A model generated the notes under the pieces. That model had not been told where the DNA came from. It saw only the letters and a program-made list of their open reading frames with translations, and made no database searches. 64,000 nt of DNA from the human T2T-CHM13v2.0 reference genome, Homo sapiens. The DNA is taken from NCBI RefSeq assembly GCF_009914755.1, contig NC_060942.1, one strand, 5' to 3'. This document shows, piece after piece, positions 43,027 to 58,065 of the stretch (position 1 is the first letter of the stretch; the number at the start of each line of letters is the position of its first letter). The position numbers and the translations under genes are program-made.

Positions 43027-46000
43027 TTATTTAAATCTGATCCATGTTGTATTCTTTAAATTTCTGGTTAAATAGAAAAAGTGTCTTTGAGACCCAGAAT
43101 CTGGCATGAAATAGGTGCTCAGTAAATTCATGATGAGTAATGCTCCCATTAACACATCTTCACTCAATAGAAGCTTGAATTTAACCCCACATGTCTTGTG
43201 AATCTATAACTGCAAAGGAAAATTAGAGGATTTTTTGTTGATAGAAAAATTAACTTGTATGCCTGTAATTTGATACCATTGCATCACAGTACTTATTTCA
43301 AAATTAACAATTTCAGATGAGACTGTGCCCATATAGATCTTATAGAGAACAAACAGCTAAATGTGTCATTGAACTGTTACAAAAGTGATGATCCTATAAA
43401 GAAGAAATGCAACACATTGGTTTTAAAAAATTAAGTTGCAGGGCACAATTTTTTTTTTCTAATTGAAAAATTAACTTTGACTTGAGAGAATATAACAAAT
43501 TAAATATATACATGAAAATGAAAATATTCTCTATTGAATACCTCAGAAAAGCTTATTACACTTAAATGCATTCCGTGAAATGTATCTCCTGGCATATTTT
43601 TGATGATTTATAACAATATTGAAGTGTTATGTCTTCATCAATGCCTTCTATTTGCTAATTTTTTGTGCAATTAAATATTTATCTGTAATTTGTTTTTCTT
43701 TAAAGATTGATTGGGGCTTCAAATAAAATACAATAATTAGCAACGTGAATAAAAATGCTTGTTGGATTTCTGACATCCTGAAATATATCAAAATAAAGAG
43801 AATGGAAGAAAATAAGTGTCTACAGAATATCTACTGTTAAGTAGAAAGGATTATGGATTCAAAGTAATATACAGTACTCCCCAAATCACACTGATCTAAC
43901 TTTGTAACTCTAAAAATTCAAGGGGTTGAAACTGATAATCATTAAGGTGTTTTTCAGCTTAATCATTGCGTGATTAAAGTTTAATTATTCTAATCAAAGG
44001 CCATGGTATTTGTCTCATTGGTATTATTTTCTTTGAGAGACCAAGGGGGACTAGAGGAAATAGATAAGTAGATTATGGAAGGCCTTCAAAGAAGGAGAGA
44101 AAGAATAGATGTAGCCATCAACTACAGACAGGAGGATACAGAATATTTGGAGTTCTCAGTAGTCTGCTCAAGATCCAACAAGGCAGGCACTACCTCAAAT
44201 GACACAGAAAACTTGTTCGTTGTGATTTTGTTTTAAACATACTACACAACAGATGTGCCATCATCCTTTTTTTTGGTCAGACTTCTAAATAAAGAAATAA
44301 AATAGATTGTTTTTTACTTTATTATCTCAATTTCAATAACCTTAATTTCCTAATTAGGAAATTAAAGTTCTAATCATATCAGAGTAGAAGGTTGCTTTCT
44401 GTGTTTGAGATGGAATTCACAAAACCATTTCTCCTCCTTGCTACAGCTTCTAAGGAACAATCATGCCCAGTGTAAACTTCATTGTAACACGAAAGTCACC
44501 ATTGGGTCCCCTGGAAAGGGGATGTCGAACAATGAGGTTTTGTCTAAATAATCTAAGACATTTGTTTGAAAGTCTCTGAAATCTATGGGTGCATGGATGA
44601 TCCCTCTGATGTTGTATTCATAGAAATGGTAAACATATATGAGCAGCGCCCTCTTCAAGGTTTTAGCTTGTCAATGATTGGTTTAGATTGCACTGAATTC
44701 ATCAAAATCACTAGTTAAAAGTATAACACAATGAGCCATCCCAACTCTGGAAATATTTGATTAAATGACTGTGCTCATATTTCATTAGATGATTAATTGT
44801 GTGAATGCCTGAGAGTGCCAAAGAAAATAGGAATTGGGGAATTTGTCAGTAACTTAGCCACTCTGAGCCTGTGCTTTCCCATATACAATATGGGGAGACT
44901 CAAATGATAATACTATACTGTGAAATCAGTCTCAGAAATAGTTATTCATCAATAAAGCTAGCTCTCTCAGATCTATTCCAATTATTCTTCATTGCACCAA
45001 ATGGTGCCGTAATGTGAAATGTTTCACTCATTATTCTTAATACAGTAGAGACAATAAAATCAGTATGACTTTAATCATAGGTGTATCATAGTTTTCCAGC
45101 AATCTGTCTTTCTAGTTTATAGCATTTAATTCATTTCCTACCAGTGCTGATTTGGGCGATACAGTAAGTCTAACAGACTACGCTTTCTAGAGAACATAGC
45201 GTTGAATGCATGGACTCAGAAAGCATACTTGAGTTTTGTAGTCTCCAAAAGGAGTCACAATCCTGCACATTACAACCTAGTGTTGTCAAATTCCAAACAG
45301 ACATTTATCTTCAGGATTCATGAATAATAAACCAAAATTATCAAGAATCCTCAGAAATTCCTAAAGTTCTAAGATATTCTATATTTTCATAATTTATCTG
45401 CAGATTTTAAAATGCAAAACTATACATTTATTATTGTATATTTCATTTAAAAAACTCTAAAGCTTTATATAACCCATAGAAGAATGATTTCTTATTATTG
45501 TCACTTCTTATATTTTTAAAATATATAATCTTGGCTTATAGCAAATATTCAAGACAGGAAAACACCAGCAAACATCATTTTGATATATTCAGATCTCCTA
45601 GCATCATTAAGAATACCACACACACTCGTGTCAAAATTGCCAACTGAAGAACTTATTTTGCTTTCAAAACTTATTTACTGGAACATCACTCATAGAATTT
45701 CTATAATAAATACAATGCATATAAACTTATTAGTATCTATTTTATTTGCAAGAATGACTCATTGTTTCCAGCAGACAGGCCCATAAACACATACTTATAG
45801 CACCAGTTATAAGCAAGAGCAATTGATTATATTATGACCAGTTCTCTCTTAGGCACTCCTGTCCTCACTACCAGAAATGTCCACATTATCCTTCCATTCC
45901 TCATGTCTTGTTTCTTGCTTTTGCATTTGATATGATATCAGCAGATTACTTTGAATCAGTAAGATCTCTATGCTGATTGTTATACTTTAAATCTCACAGA

Positions 46001-46364
46001 ATTATAATACTTTTCCCTGTTTTCCTGACTCCTTGACTAATTTTTCTCAGGATATGGAAAGTCACATAAATTTTCAGAGAAATGCCAGGCTAGAATTTCT
46101 ATACAGTTACACTGATTATCAGAGCAACCAAATCCCTGGTTTGACCAGTTGTACTTTATGGTCCACAGTAGATTGTTAATTTCATTAAAAGAATATCTTC
46201 CTTCATTGGAGCTAAATATTTGAATATTCCCCTATGTCAAAACTCTGGGACCCTGAGGATACTATTAGTAAATATATTTTGAGTCAGCTAGAATAGGTTT
46301 ATATCCCCTCTATAACAATAAATAGAAATCATGTTTTATCAGTACTTAACTATCCAGCACAGTG

Positions 46365-46600
46365 TATGATAATAATTGAGTGTGCCAGCTCTGGAACCAG
46401 AAACCTTTGACTCAAATTCCAATAATACCATTGATCACTTATCAAATCTTTGGGCCGTTACTTCACTGAGTAAAGTAAACTTTAGTTTCCTCATCTGTAA
46501 AGTAAACTTTAGTTTCTTCATCTGTAAAAAGAGGACAATAAATATTATTTGCTTCTCAGAGATTTTATTTTTCAGATCATTTTATAAGGTAATGGAATAG
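46365..46600 (+). mobile_element. MIR with internal 27-bp tandem duplication
   Basis: tagtttcctcatctgtaaa core present twice (46470-46523). Confidence 0.75.
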
Positions 46601-47245
46601 CTAGACTTGGCTCCCTCTGCAGGGATAATCGCCATCTTAAAATTGTTATGCAATCTTCCCAAGCATTTTCTTTCTGTTTACTATGTGGTTGTAGCCACAA
46701 AAGACATATTTTGCAACCTATAACATATTAGATCAATGTTATCTTGTATTAGATATCATTTGGCAGCTTGCTTTTCCTACTCAAAATTATTATTTCTTGT
46801 ATTTATCAAACTTGACAAATGTAGATTCCATTTATTCTTTTTTAGTTGTTATATAGTATTTCCTTGTTTGGATATAACCCAGCTCCTATGTATCGTCTTT
46901 GGCGTGCATGTGCAAGTATTCATTTAGCACACAGACTAGAAATCAAACCGCTGGTTGCCAGGTAACATGAATCATCACATTTACTGTTTATTAGCAAATT
47001 GCTTGCAGCGTTCCATTTACATGTATTCTTACCAATGTGTGATATTTTTTGCTAATTTTTTTCCCAACTTGATGGGTATGAAATGACATCTCATTGCTGT
47101 TTCAGTTTTCATTATCTGATTACTGACAGGGTTAAGCAGTTTTTCATAGGTTTATTGGTGATTCCAGTTTTCTCCTCTGGGGGTTGTTGATAGGCTTTTG
47201 TCATTTTTCTGTTTTTCTTAATTGTATCTAGGAATTCTTTACACA
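46600..47245 (-). mobile_element. Old L1ME fragment
   Basis: tgatgggtatgaaatgacatctcattg...tttcattatctgattact. Confidence 0.65.
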
Positions 47246-49289
47246 GAGATGCCACAAAGTTTAACTTTGGCCTCAGTACTCAGGAAAAGATATACTTGGT
47301 TTCAGCCTTGGCTTCAGGCTTTGAAAGACAGAGTAACAAATAGCTACTTCTTTTCTGGCCCCTTCATCATCTGCTTGTTCAATGGAGGTAGGACCACTCA
47401 AATTACGAACAAGGTGTAGCCCTCGAATTGGCTATTAACATCTGAATACATACTAAGTATTCATTTTCAAACTTAGGAGAGCAGTCTAGATGTAACTTGG
47501 AATAAAAACCTCCATGGGCTTCTACAGGCTGTTAAAATATAAGCATATTTATGTGTTTCAATAATAAAATGTTGAAATATGCTGATTTTGAAAGCTGTTA
47601 ATTTGCTGTACAAAAATTATTAAGAACTTTCAAACAGTTAAACAATGTTAGCAGTTATTAGGAATAAGAGAGAGTGCATTAGATAGATAACACTAACAAG
47701 AACATAATATCCGTTTTCAGCCAGCAAATGTTTATAAAATTTTAAATGCTAATAAAACAGGAGAATAATAGAAATTAGATTATATCACAATGCTAATCTT
47801 TAGAAGCATTAAGAGCTATATTTAATTTTTTGTTATTTAATTCAGCTTAGGCCAGAGTCTTTCAAGAAAAAAAGTCTTATTAGAGAAGTCTTCATATCTC
47901 GTGAGGATGAATTAAAAGCAGAATCTCAACTTTGCTACCTTTAAATGTCACGGAGAGAAAAAACTGCAAAACCATGTGCAACAATATCCATGATAAATCA
48001 TCTTTGATCTCAACATAACGGAGACTATAAGGAGTATAAAGACTAGAAGAAAGAGTAGAAGGTAAATAAAATAATTCAAACCATTTTTTTCTCACTTACC
48101 AAACTTTAAAAGAACATACTTTAAGTATAATTTAAGGAAACAATTTCTTATCCCTTAGAGTCTATGTAGGCTGAAATTTTAAGTAACACTGAAATAATGT
48201 TTAGAGTTGCCTATATTAGATATCTGAAGCTTACAGATTTTTAAAATGCGCCACAAATTTTTTAACTTTTTTTCCCAGAAATTTTACAGATTTTTTTCTG
48301 ATTTTAATTTATGTGTGTATAAATATCTTGGTGATATTATGACATGCCACATTGTTGCAAACGAACTACTCTTTTAGTGCATCAGTGTTCAGAGTAGTGA
48401 TTGTATTAGCCTACAGTAGCCAAGAGTGCAGAGCAGTAATTTTCCCTACATCATGATGTCAAACTTTTAAATCCAACCGTTCAAATTAGCAATAAGTAAA
48501 CTGCCATACTTACTCATTTTTTCAAAAAAAATCAGATTTGATCTCATACCTAAGAAATTAAATTTGTAATATTGGCAATCAGAGCTAGCCATATGTTTGT
48601 TATTTAGCCACCATGTGTATTTGGCAAGTTTCTACCCAGTGTATATTTCAAATATCTTTTTCCAGTCTGTTAGTTTACTTTAAGGATTTTGTTTATGACA
48701 TCTTTTGGGTAAACTTCAGCACTTTGATGATCCTCTTTTATTGTCTTCTGTAGCTCTACAGCTATGGAGACTGGCTGTCAGTCTAATTTTAATTTTAATT
48801 TTAATTTTAATTCTATTATAGGTGATCCACAATCAATTCAGAACCTGGTCTTCTATGGTGGCTCACAGTTCCTGCACCCTACAATATCGTGGTAATGATG
48901 AAAGCTAGCCATCTTGTTTATTACATGTTTCTCAGTACTTAAATATGGAGTCAGAATTCTTTCACCACCGTGGGACTCCCAGGCCCCTCACTGTGGTACT
49001 TCTGTTGCTGGCACCTGGAAAGCCTGTTAGAGCACCTAGAAAGCCTGTACCTCTGTTGGGAGTGCACATCTACTACTTCGAGTTGCCTTCTCCATATCTG
49101 TTATCTTGGCCTACTGGTGACTTTCCATCAGTCATGTTAAGTTGCCAAATATGGTACCTAGAATATCATAGATTCTTAATAAGTACTATGAGAATCAATA
49201 TAGACATAATAAGCAAAATCAAAATCTTTATCATCTTATTAGATATGGAAAAAAACTACAGATACGATGCAATAAAATTCCAACTGGAC

Positions 49290-49800
49290 AAATGCGTCAT
49301 TTACTTCAGGACTCTCTTAAAAGCAGCACATTTTAATTTTGGTCACTTTTTTCTGTTAGAATAATTTCCTTCATATTTAGCCAAATTCTGCCTCCTTACC
49401 ATTTTTCCAGCAAGTCCCATTTGTCCCATGTATGTTTTCAGAGTAAGTATAAACATATTTTTTCCTACATGAGCCCTTCAAGTATTTAAATATCTTTATC
49501 TCTTCTTTATGTCTTTTCTTCTTTTATCATCTTTTATTACACAATTCATTTTCCAGACATTTTAATTTCATGTGGCCACCTTCAGAGTACATCATATCCT
49601 AATTCCTTTTATAATATGTGTTATTTAGAATCTAAAAGCATCCCTTTTCTGGCCTGACTGCCTAAGGACCATAGGATTACCATCTCCCTTATTGTTTCCA
49701 GAACTATGCATCTTGAAATCCACCTCAGTTTGCACACAGCATTTATCCACTACAATTTGCCCATTTATGACTAATATTGAGCTTTTGCTTTTTACCTAGC
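49290..49800. mobile_element. Possible L3/CR1 LINE remnant
   Basis: catgagcccttcaagtatttaaa and ttctgcctccttac resemble the L3 3' region; highly diverged. Confidence 0.4.
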
Positions 49801-52800
49801 AGTTTGAACATGTCTCTACTGTGTGATCCTTGTACTGTAAACCAGTCTTTAGTTTGCACAGGAGTGTACGAGATCCTTGAGTGGAGAGACAACTCACTCT
49901 CCACCTATAAATTCCTAAATTCTAATGTAAAGAAATTCGCAGGTCATTCTAAACGCTTAATGACTGAATGACAAATAAATGAAAGACCTAGTTTTTAAAT
50001 ACAAACTATTTTGAATATGTTTATCACTATTTTACCTATGCAACTCCATTTTTGCTCCTAAGCACGGAATTGTATCGTTTTGTTGTTGTTTAAAGATCTG
50101 AAGTGCACATAATTCAGTTAATGACACTCCATAGTTCATGGCACACAATTGTCATTGGCCAAGGCCAGACTTTTCATTTGTTGCTATCAAAATTTAGCAT
50201 GGTATCTTGGACTCATTACTCCTGCTTCTTGTAATTTGATTCCCTGTGATTAACTGTCTCACACAGCTTTGTATTATTTGCAATTTTGTTAAGAGGAGAA
50301 AGAGGATTAAGATACAGGAAACAACAACAAAGAGTAAATGATATATTAAGTTCTGAATTGTAAGCTACAGATTTTAAATGCTCGCAGAATTTGGCAAAGA
50401 GGTAGAACTTGAACATGTGAACTAGATAAGAAAAGAATAGAATCACTGAGATGTGAGCTCAGTTAAGAAGGCTGGGTGGGATTTGGGTAAGTAGAAAAGA
50501 AAGGAACTTGTGAGAAAAGGAGAAAAAAGAAGCAGCTCTGTTTGTTTGCCATAGGAAGTGGGAAGTGGCAAGATAATCATTTGGATAGTTGGAATCAGGA
50601 TCTCTCTTCTTTCTGACCCTCTCTCTATTAATGTAGATAAAGTAAGAGACATTGTCAAGATGAATTTTGCCTTGCATCTACAGCTTTCCGATATAAGTTT
50701 GCAATTTTTAAATTTGTATTAGCAAAAAATACAAAGAGAGAGGCGGGCAGTGCTGGTAGGACGTGGAGTAGTAAAGATTGCTGTGTTTTCTGTTGCTACT
50801 TCTTTTCCAGGCAGACTCAGCCTTTAAGAGAAGACTTTATTCTGACTTTTTATACTAATTCATACTACGTCTTTCCGGAAGTCTAAGGACTTTTCTACTT
50901 GCTTTCAATTGAGAAGTCACTCAGATGGCTAACATCTACAAATCTCAAATCTTGTAAATAAATGCATGTTTAGATAGGAGTGTAAAGACTTCATTACCTT
51001 ATATTCGCTCTTTATTAACTATTTGCCACATCCCACGTGACAACACTAGAATTTCTATTTCTAACACCATGAATTGTATAAGTAACATGTTTTTTGTTTT
51101 TCAGTTTATATTGACTGATAAAATACATAGGACCAGATTTGTTCCTGTCTACCACAAATATTTATATCATCATATAATTCACTTTTTAGCTTTCTTACCT
51201 ACAGTTCTCTGTCCTCACACTTGTTTTACTTCTATTCCATTTTTATATCATGGTGCAATCCCCCAATTTAGCTTAACATCCTGAACATCCCATCTGAGAA
51301 CCATTAATCTAAATAATTTTGTCTAAAATAAGGATGTTAATTTAAACATAATATTTGGCGTATAGCTAAAATAAAATTGGGTAATCAAGTGGCAAATGTT
51401 AAACTCTTACTAACATGTAGCTTTAAAGGTTTATTTTATTGCATTGTGTAATAAAGAAATGTGTGCAATGCAATTGCATTGCACTGTATCACATTGTGTG
51501 CATAATTTGCAACAGATAGATTATTAAAGTTATTAAAGAGCTTCTACATTGCTTTGTGTATACATATAGAAATATTTTCAAGTACTAAAATAATAATGAT
51601 GAGAATGGGCTTGACATATATATTGCTTTTCAATTTAACATATTTCTGATGCCTATAGTCAAAGATAAAGATTCAGGATTTTACTTTATGAATAATGTGA
51701 TGATGATATAATCAGAATTCATGTGGTTTCCAAAGTAGATGACTCACATCCAAATTCCCAGTTCCCTCAGAGCACTGTTGGAGGCATTCAATAACAAACA
51801 AACAAAACTAATATCTGGTATTTTTTTTAATCAAAAAGTTTTGCGCAGATTTTAGATAACTACAGTCTATTCAGTCCAGTCTATGATGAGGACAGAAATG
51901 GACTTTTAGAGGATGTTTTGTTGAGCGTGAAATAAATGCAGATGAGAAAACATTTCTAATGTCTACATCTTTCTTTGACTTCTGAAGTGAATATTACACA
52001 TTCGGAACAATTCAAAATACCCTTCAATAGCTGGATTGTTTCCATGCAGTATAAGTTCTACTTTCCCAGGACAGAATTATAATAAAAGAGTTAAAAAAAA
52101 ATGTATTTTTGAGCTTCCTTGCCCCCGAAGAGATTTTTAGGTTCCATCAATCAGTTGTTCCTTTACCAAACTGATTTGTAGTTGAATTCTGTGGGGAAAG
52201 TGGAAGTTTCAGAGAACCCATTTGTCTAAGGTGGATCAAAGCAGAGTTGGTGGCATAGGAGGTGGCATTGATAGAGGCTTCCTGATTCGGCGACTACCCG
52301 ATCATGGCAGAGGAACAGTATTCTCACTGTGTTTCTGGAAGCTCGGCTGAGAGTCTCTTTCTTTCTGTCTAAACTAGAAAAAGTGAATTTGATTGTCTGC
52401 AACAAGAATCCTGTCTATGACAAACTTTCACCACAGAGCCATCACACATTAATTTATCTGAAACAGTCTTAAATTTGTGTCTGTTTTATCTACTTTGGGA
52501 TTTAATGTATTATGTTGTCTACTAGACATGTATCTATGTGACTGTTTTCTCAGTATACTGCCATTCAGAACTTCATGAGACTCACAGAACAAATTATACC
52601 TAAACCCATAAAATATTGACTAAAGAATTAAAAAAAAATGCTTGCAGAGTTATCATTGTAAGTATACTTTGCTTCTATTACCCTACAATTACAACTTAAT
52701 CTTTACATTTAAAATGTTTAAATATCACCATTCTCCATAAGCAATAATTATTACATGCACAAGTGGACACAGTTAATGAGGTAATTAGGCTATAATAAAG

Positions 52801-53654
52801 CAATCTATGAATTAATCAATAATCATTTATGGAGCACTATTGTGCAGCAATCTTGGCTAGGTCTAAAGTAGCCCAATGCTTAGTCCACTTTACAGCATTT
52901 ACATTCCATACATTTGTATATATTGAATACTCCAATCCTCCAGTACATTGGAGTCTTCAATATATACAAAACCACAGTTGGGGCAACACCTCTATTAAAA
53001 GGAGGAATAGTTGACAGCGCTGAAAGAGACAAGTGAGGTTCTAAGCCTGGCCCTATCCTACTCTGACATTTTTAAACTGGAAGATATATGAGATAATATT
53101 TTGAATACCATTGTAATTTCTAAAATGGCTTTTGCCCAACTCACTCACCTGCAGACACTTCAAACTGCAGGCCTAGCCTAATCCAGTTTTTGAGCCAATA
53201 TTGGCCCCCCAAATGCAGAATATTATAGCATCATCGTGGAGACACAGTGCGGAGTACGATTGTCTCCACTGCCAATGGCCCAGTGCTTGTTGTGTGTAGA
53301 GTGAGCCTCAGACATCTGTTTGTTTACCAGGCCACAGCCTTCCCCCAAGCATCACTGTATTCACTTTGGATTACTAATCAGCATTTCATTACCATCCCCT
53401 GAGAGCTGGACCCCATCACTTGGGTTTCCAGCCATGGATGTGACCCTCTGCCAAAGGACCATCTGGACCTGCAGTGCTGCCATCCACCTGATGGTCATTA
53501 CTGCCTGAGGCCTCCTGCCACATGCCCCAGCAGGCAAGGCTGGAAACCTTCAGACACAGACATTGGTCTAAAGCAAGCCTGAGATAATGACACACCATGA
53601 AACATCAAAATGAATGCTGCTAGTTACGCTCCTCAAGGACCAATCCCATAAAAT

Positions 53655-53880
53655 TGCTAATATTTATTAAGTGCTTCTTTTGTGCCAAGCACTGTTCTAA
53701 ATACTTTGTATATATCATTTAACTTAATCTTCATAATAATCCATAAATTGGACAGCATAATCATTACCACTTAAAAATATATATAAAGTATGTTTGACCG
53801 AGCACGTTTTAGTAATCTACCCAAAGTTTCATAGCTTGTAAGTGATGAGCCAGGTTTTGAGCCTAAACACAAGCTATTAA
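53655..53880 (-). mobile_element. MIR
   Basis: atttattaagtgctt...tgtgccaagcactgttctaa...ccaaagtttcatagcttgtaagtgatgagccagg. Confidence 0.8.
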
Positions 53881-56800
53881 TGACTAAGTCATGATAATTA
53901 ACACCTAATCTCCCAATCTATGTAGTGGTTGGCTTCAGCCTCATACCTCCCATAGGCTGAGATTTTAACATTCCATGCACACCAAGAAATATATTTATTA
54001 CTATTTTAATAACATGAAACACGGCAAAAACGCGTATACAATAATTCTTTAAAAAATTATCTTTTTTCTTTTAAATGGCTTTTTTAATTGAAAATATTTT
54101 AGTCCTGTGCATTGCTTGAAAATATTCTGAAATAATTTGTTTTGAAAACTTTGTAAAGTATTTCATAAACTTTCCAAAGTAACAAATCGAATGATGAGTA
54201 TAATGTATCATTTTCTGATCTCTGGGTAATGAAGTAAAGACCCTGAGTGAAGGCCTGAGTGGTTATCTTGGGATGGTATGTGATCTCAGGAATTTAGAGC
54301 GTGCTGGTTATTTAGAGGTTTTCCTGACCATTTTCCTAGTTCTTGGTTCTATTCTAGGCATTGAGGTGCCACATAAGTGGAAGAGGTATCAGTGGTCATA
54401 CCAGTATCAAAGGCAGACATTGAGGGAAATACTGCATTTGTTTGGGTGAACCACAGTGTTTCTTTACTCTGTCTCTCTCCCTTCTCCTTCCCTCTACAGA
54501 CACCTCTCTCTAAATCTACTGAAACGTGCAGCCTTCTTTTGGAAGAGAAAGATTCTGATATTCATTAACAATTAAATGAATCTTCAAGAAGCCCAAATAG
54601 TGATTATATTTGAATAAATATTTTAATGGGAAAAATAAGGTGAATATGAACAGATCCGTACAGAAGAAATGTTATCCTTTTATGTCTTTAATTCTTTATG
54701 TATTATGTTTTTCTTCTAGAATTTTCTTCCTCTTCATCTAATGACATGAATATGCTCCAGTGGATCCTAGGATATCTTTCACATGAGGTTACCCTTGCCC
54801 TTTGGATGTCAGGTGGAACAAAGGGATGGAAGATTTTTTGTACTGGGACATTCAGTAAACCCCTAGGCCTACCTATTGTCTAGTCAGAGTTAGAGAAGCA
54901 AATGATGTCTGTGAGGGCCTACAAGGCACAAGAGGATGAAAGTTTAACTTAAAGTTTAGATGCTGATATTCTAGCTAGTAATAATGTATGATTGCCTCAT
55001 GTACTACTCTTTTTTTATATTTCTCTCCTAATGTATAAAGATGGATTTCAAAAGATAGGCAGCCTGGGATTCAAATTCTGATCATCTTTTCACTTTGTAA
55101 ACTAATGGATATATTTTTTTAAAACATTGTGTTTAATACACGCCAATGCCAAAGGCTTTCTACAGACTCATGTGGAGTGGGATGATGCCCAGAATGTCGA
55201 TAAATTGACAGAATAATATGAAGAACCCAACAGTCATGTGCCATGAATTCTGCAGGCACATTTGGACATGAGTGTGAGCCAGAAGATCATTCTATTTGGG
55301 AAAATTTAAATTGGGTGCAAGAAGCATTAGCTAACAGTCTGAACCGAGGCATGATCCAAACTGATAAAACTTGATGAAGTTGGAAGAAGCAAAAGGGAGT
55401 TGGTATGGATCCTCAGAATACGACAGAAACACAAGGAGTTTCAAGGGCATTTGACAACATGAAGTGCCAGCTATATTAGGGCACAGCAGAAAAAAAATGT
55501 TTTCTGGACAGACTTAATTTCTGAAGTGCCTTCTCCTCTTATACTACCATGGAAATTACAGTGTTCTTCTGCTGTCTCAGCACCTTCCACATTTAAAAAA
55601 AAATCATGCCTTTCCTTATCTGTCTACCTAATTAGACATCCATGGATGAGAAATGTGTCTATGTATCTTCAGTTTCTATATGTCCACTACAATCCTCATG
55701 CCTGGAACAGAGAGGTGTTCAATAAATCCATGAACAAAAAGAAACTGAAGTTCTAAGGTCCAAACAATGTTGATTCTTTATGAGCCAGTAGGGATTTGCC
55801 TCTTTCTAATTCCTCCTGGAGCACAAGTGTTCCCGGAATCTGGAGCAGGGTTAAAAGCAGAGATGAATAATGATCCCCATTGTAAAGTCCCAGGGATCCA
55901 GATAAGATAATATGCCCCACTCCAGGGAGAATATATATACTTTTTTATTAAGAAGACACAAGAAATGGAATGCAGCCTATGTTTGTAAGCGGACTTTAAT
56001 ATTAAGCCCTCAATAAATATTTGATAAATGAATGAATGATTCTGTCCAAAGAGGTTAATCATTAAAATGCTCAGAGGAGACCTCAGCAGGCCCTTGAAGA
56101 ACACAGCAATTTAAGAAGTAAAAAGGAGGATGTAGGGGAATGTTAGTCAGGGTCAAGCCAAACATTGAATTCAGCATGGCAAATGAAATTTACTGTAAGT
56201 GGTCTCTGTGCTGAGATACATATTACTGTTTGTGCAAATTTAGTTCCGTTAACTTTTCCCAAAACTTCTTCACCACCTTATCTTGGAGCTTAATTCTAAC
56301 TCTCTCTACTATGTCCATACTATGGGAATGTCTTCAAGATAATATTGTCTTGTTAAAATTCGGCTTCAGACTTCAGGACTTTTACATTCTTGGATGGGGA
56401 TCTAAACAAGACATGAACCAATCATAAGGAAATATGGCTCCTTCTCCATTATTTTAAACAAGAAAATATTATTGTTATTGTAGCTGTGTGAGAGACAAGG
56501 AGATTAAACTTGCTACGGTTAAGAAATTTGAAAGCAGATTTTTTTAGAGGCAGACAATAAGGAAGAGTGTTTTTGGACATACTTTGCTCAAACCTTTCCT
56601 GTGTTTGAGTATTCCACCCAAACAGAACTTTCTCCATTGAGCCATTTGCTGTCCTGTCAGCTAAAAAATAAAAAATAAAAAAAACAATAAAACAAAACAA
56701 AACAAAGAGCAAAAACCATTTTATCTTCTTGATACTGTGGCACTTGATGTGCAACAGAGAGACTACATTCTTGCAATCGGTCAGAAGCAGAACTTGGCCA

Positions 56801-57378
56801 ATATGAAACAATACATATCCTAAGAAAACAACATGCACAGATAATTTGCAGAAAGTTTAGAACAACAACAATAAAATATTTTAATTTGCTCTGTATTGCA
56901 AAGCTTGTTGCTTTTCATAATGCCTTGATATAACACGTGGGATGAAGAATCTATTTTTTAAAAGAAAGACAGTTCTAATCTCCTGATCTAGATACCCTGT
57001 GCTACAAATTTTTTTAACACATTTGCCTCGGAGAAGTTTGCAAACAAAGGCAAAGACAGACAAAGAGCATATGCTAAATTGATCATTTTTGTGTCTGAAT
57101 ATTCACTATTTGAGAGACAAGAAACTGTTCAATCTGATTTGGGTTATGATTACACTGTAGTCCAAATTGAAGTGTCTGTGGAAATGGATTGGGTGAGCTT
57201 CTCGGTTGTCAGTCATATCACTTATTCCATGCAGAGTGAGATGAGGGCACTCATGGGAAACGGTAGAAGTGGTTCTGTGATCTACCGAGACAGATAGGTG
57301 TTCCTTTCCTTTGAGGAGGCCCTTCCTGCCTCCTCGAGCAACTACTGTGGATGAACAGCAGGGAGCAAACACCCTCTC

Positions 57379-58065
<687 letters not shown>

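Noticed and set aside
48945-49364. 139-aa ATG ORF with a hydrophobic N-terminal stretch
   Set aside because: No recognisable domain, AT-rich low-information C-terminus running into probable old LINE sequence, no supporting gene structure
53200-53560. GC-richer segment that looked like a processed pseudogene or CTCF site
   Set aside because: No recognisable protein in the frames I read, no poly(A)/TSD, and CTCF-like words have mismatches at core positions
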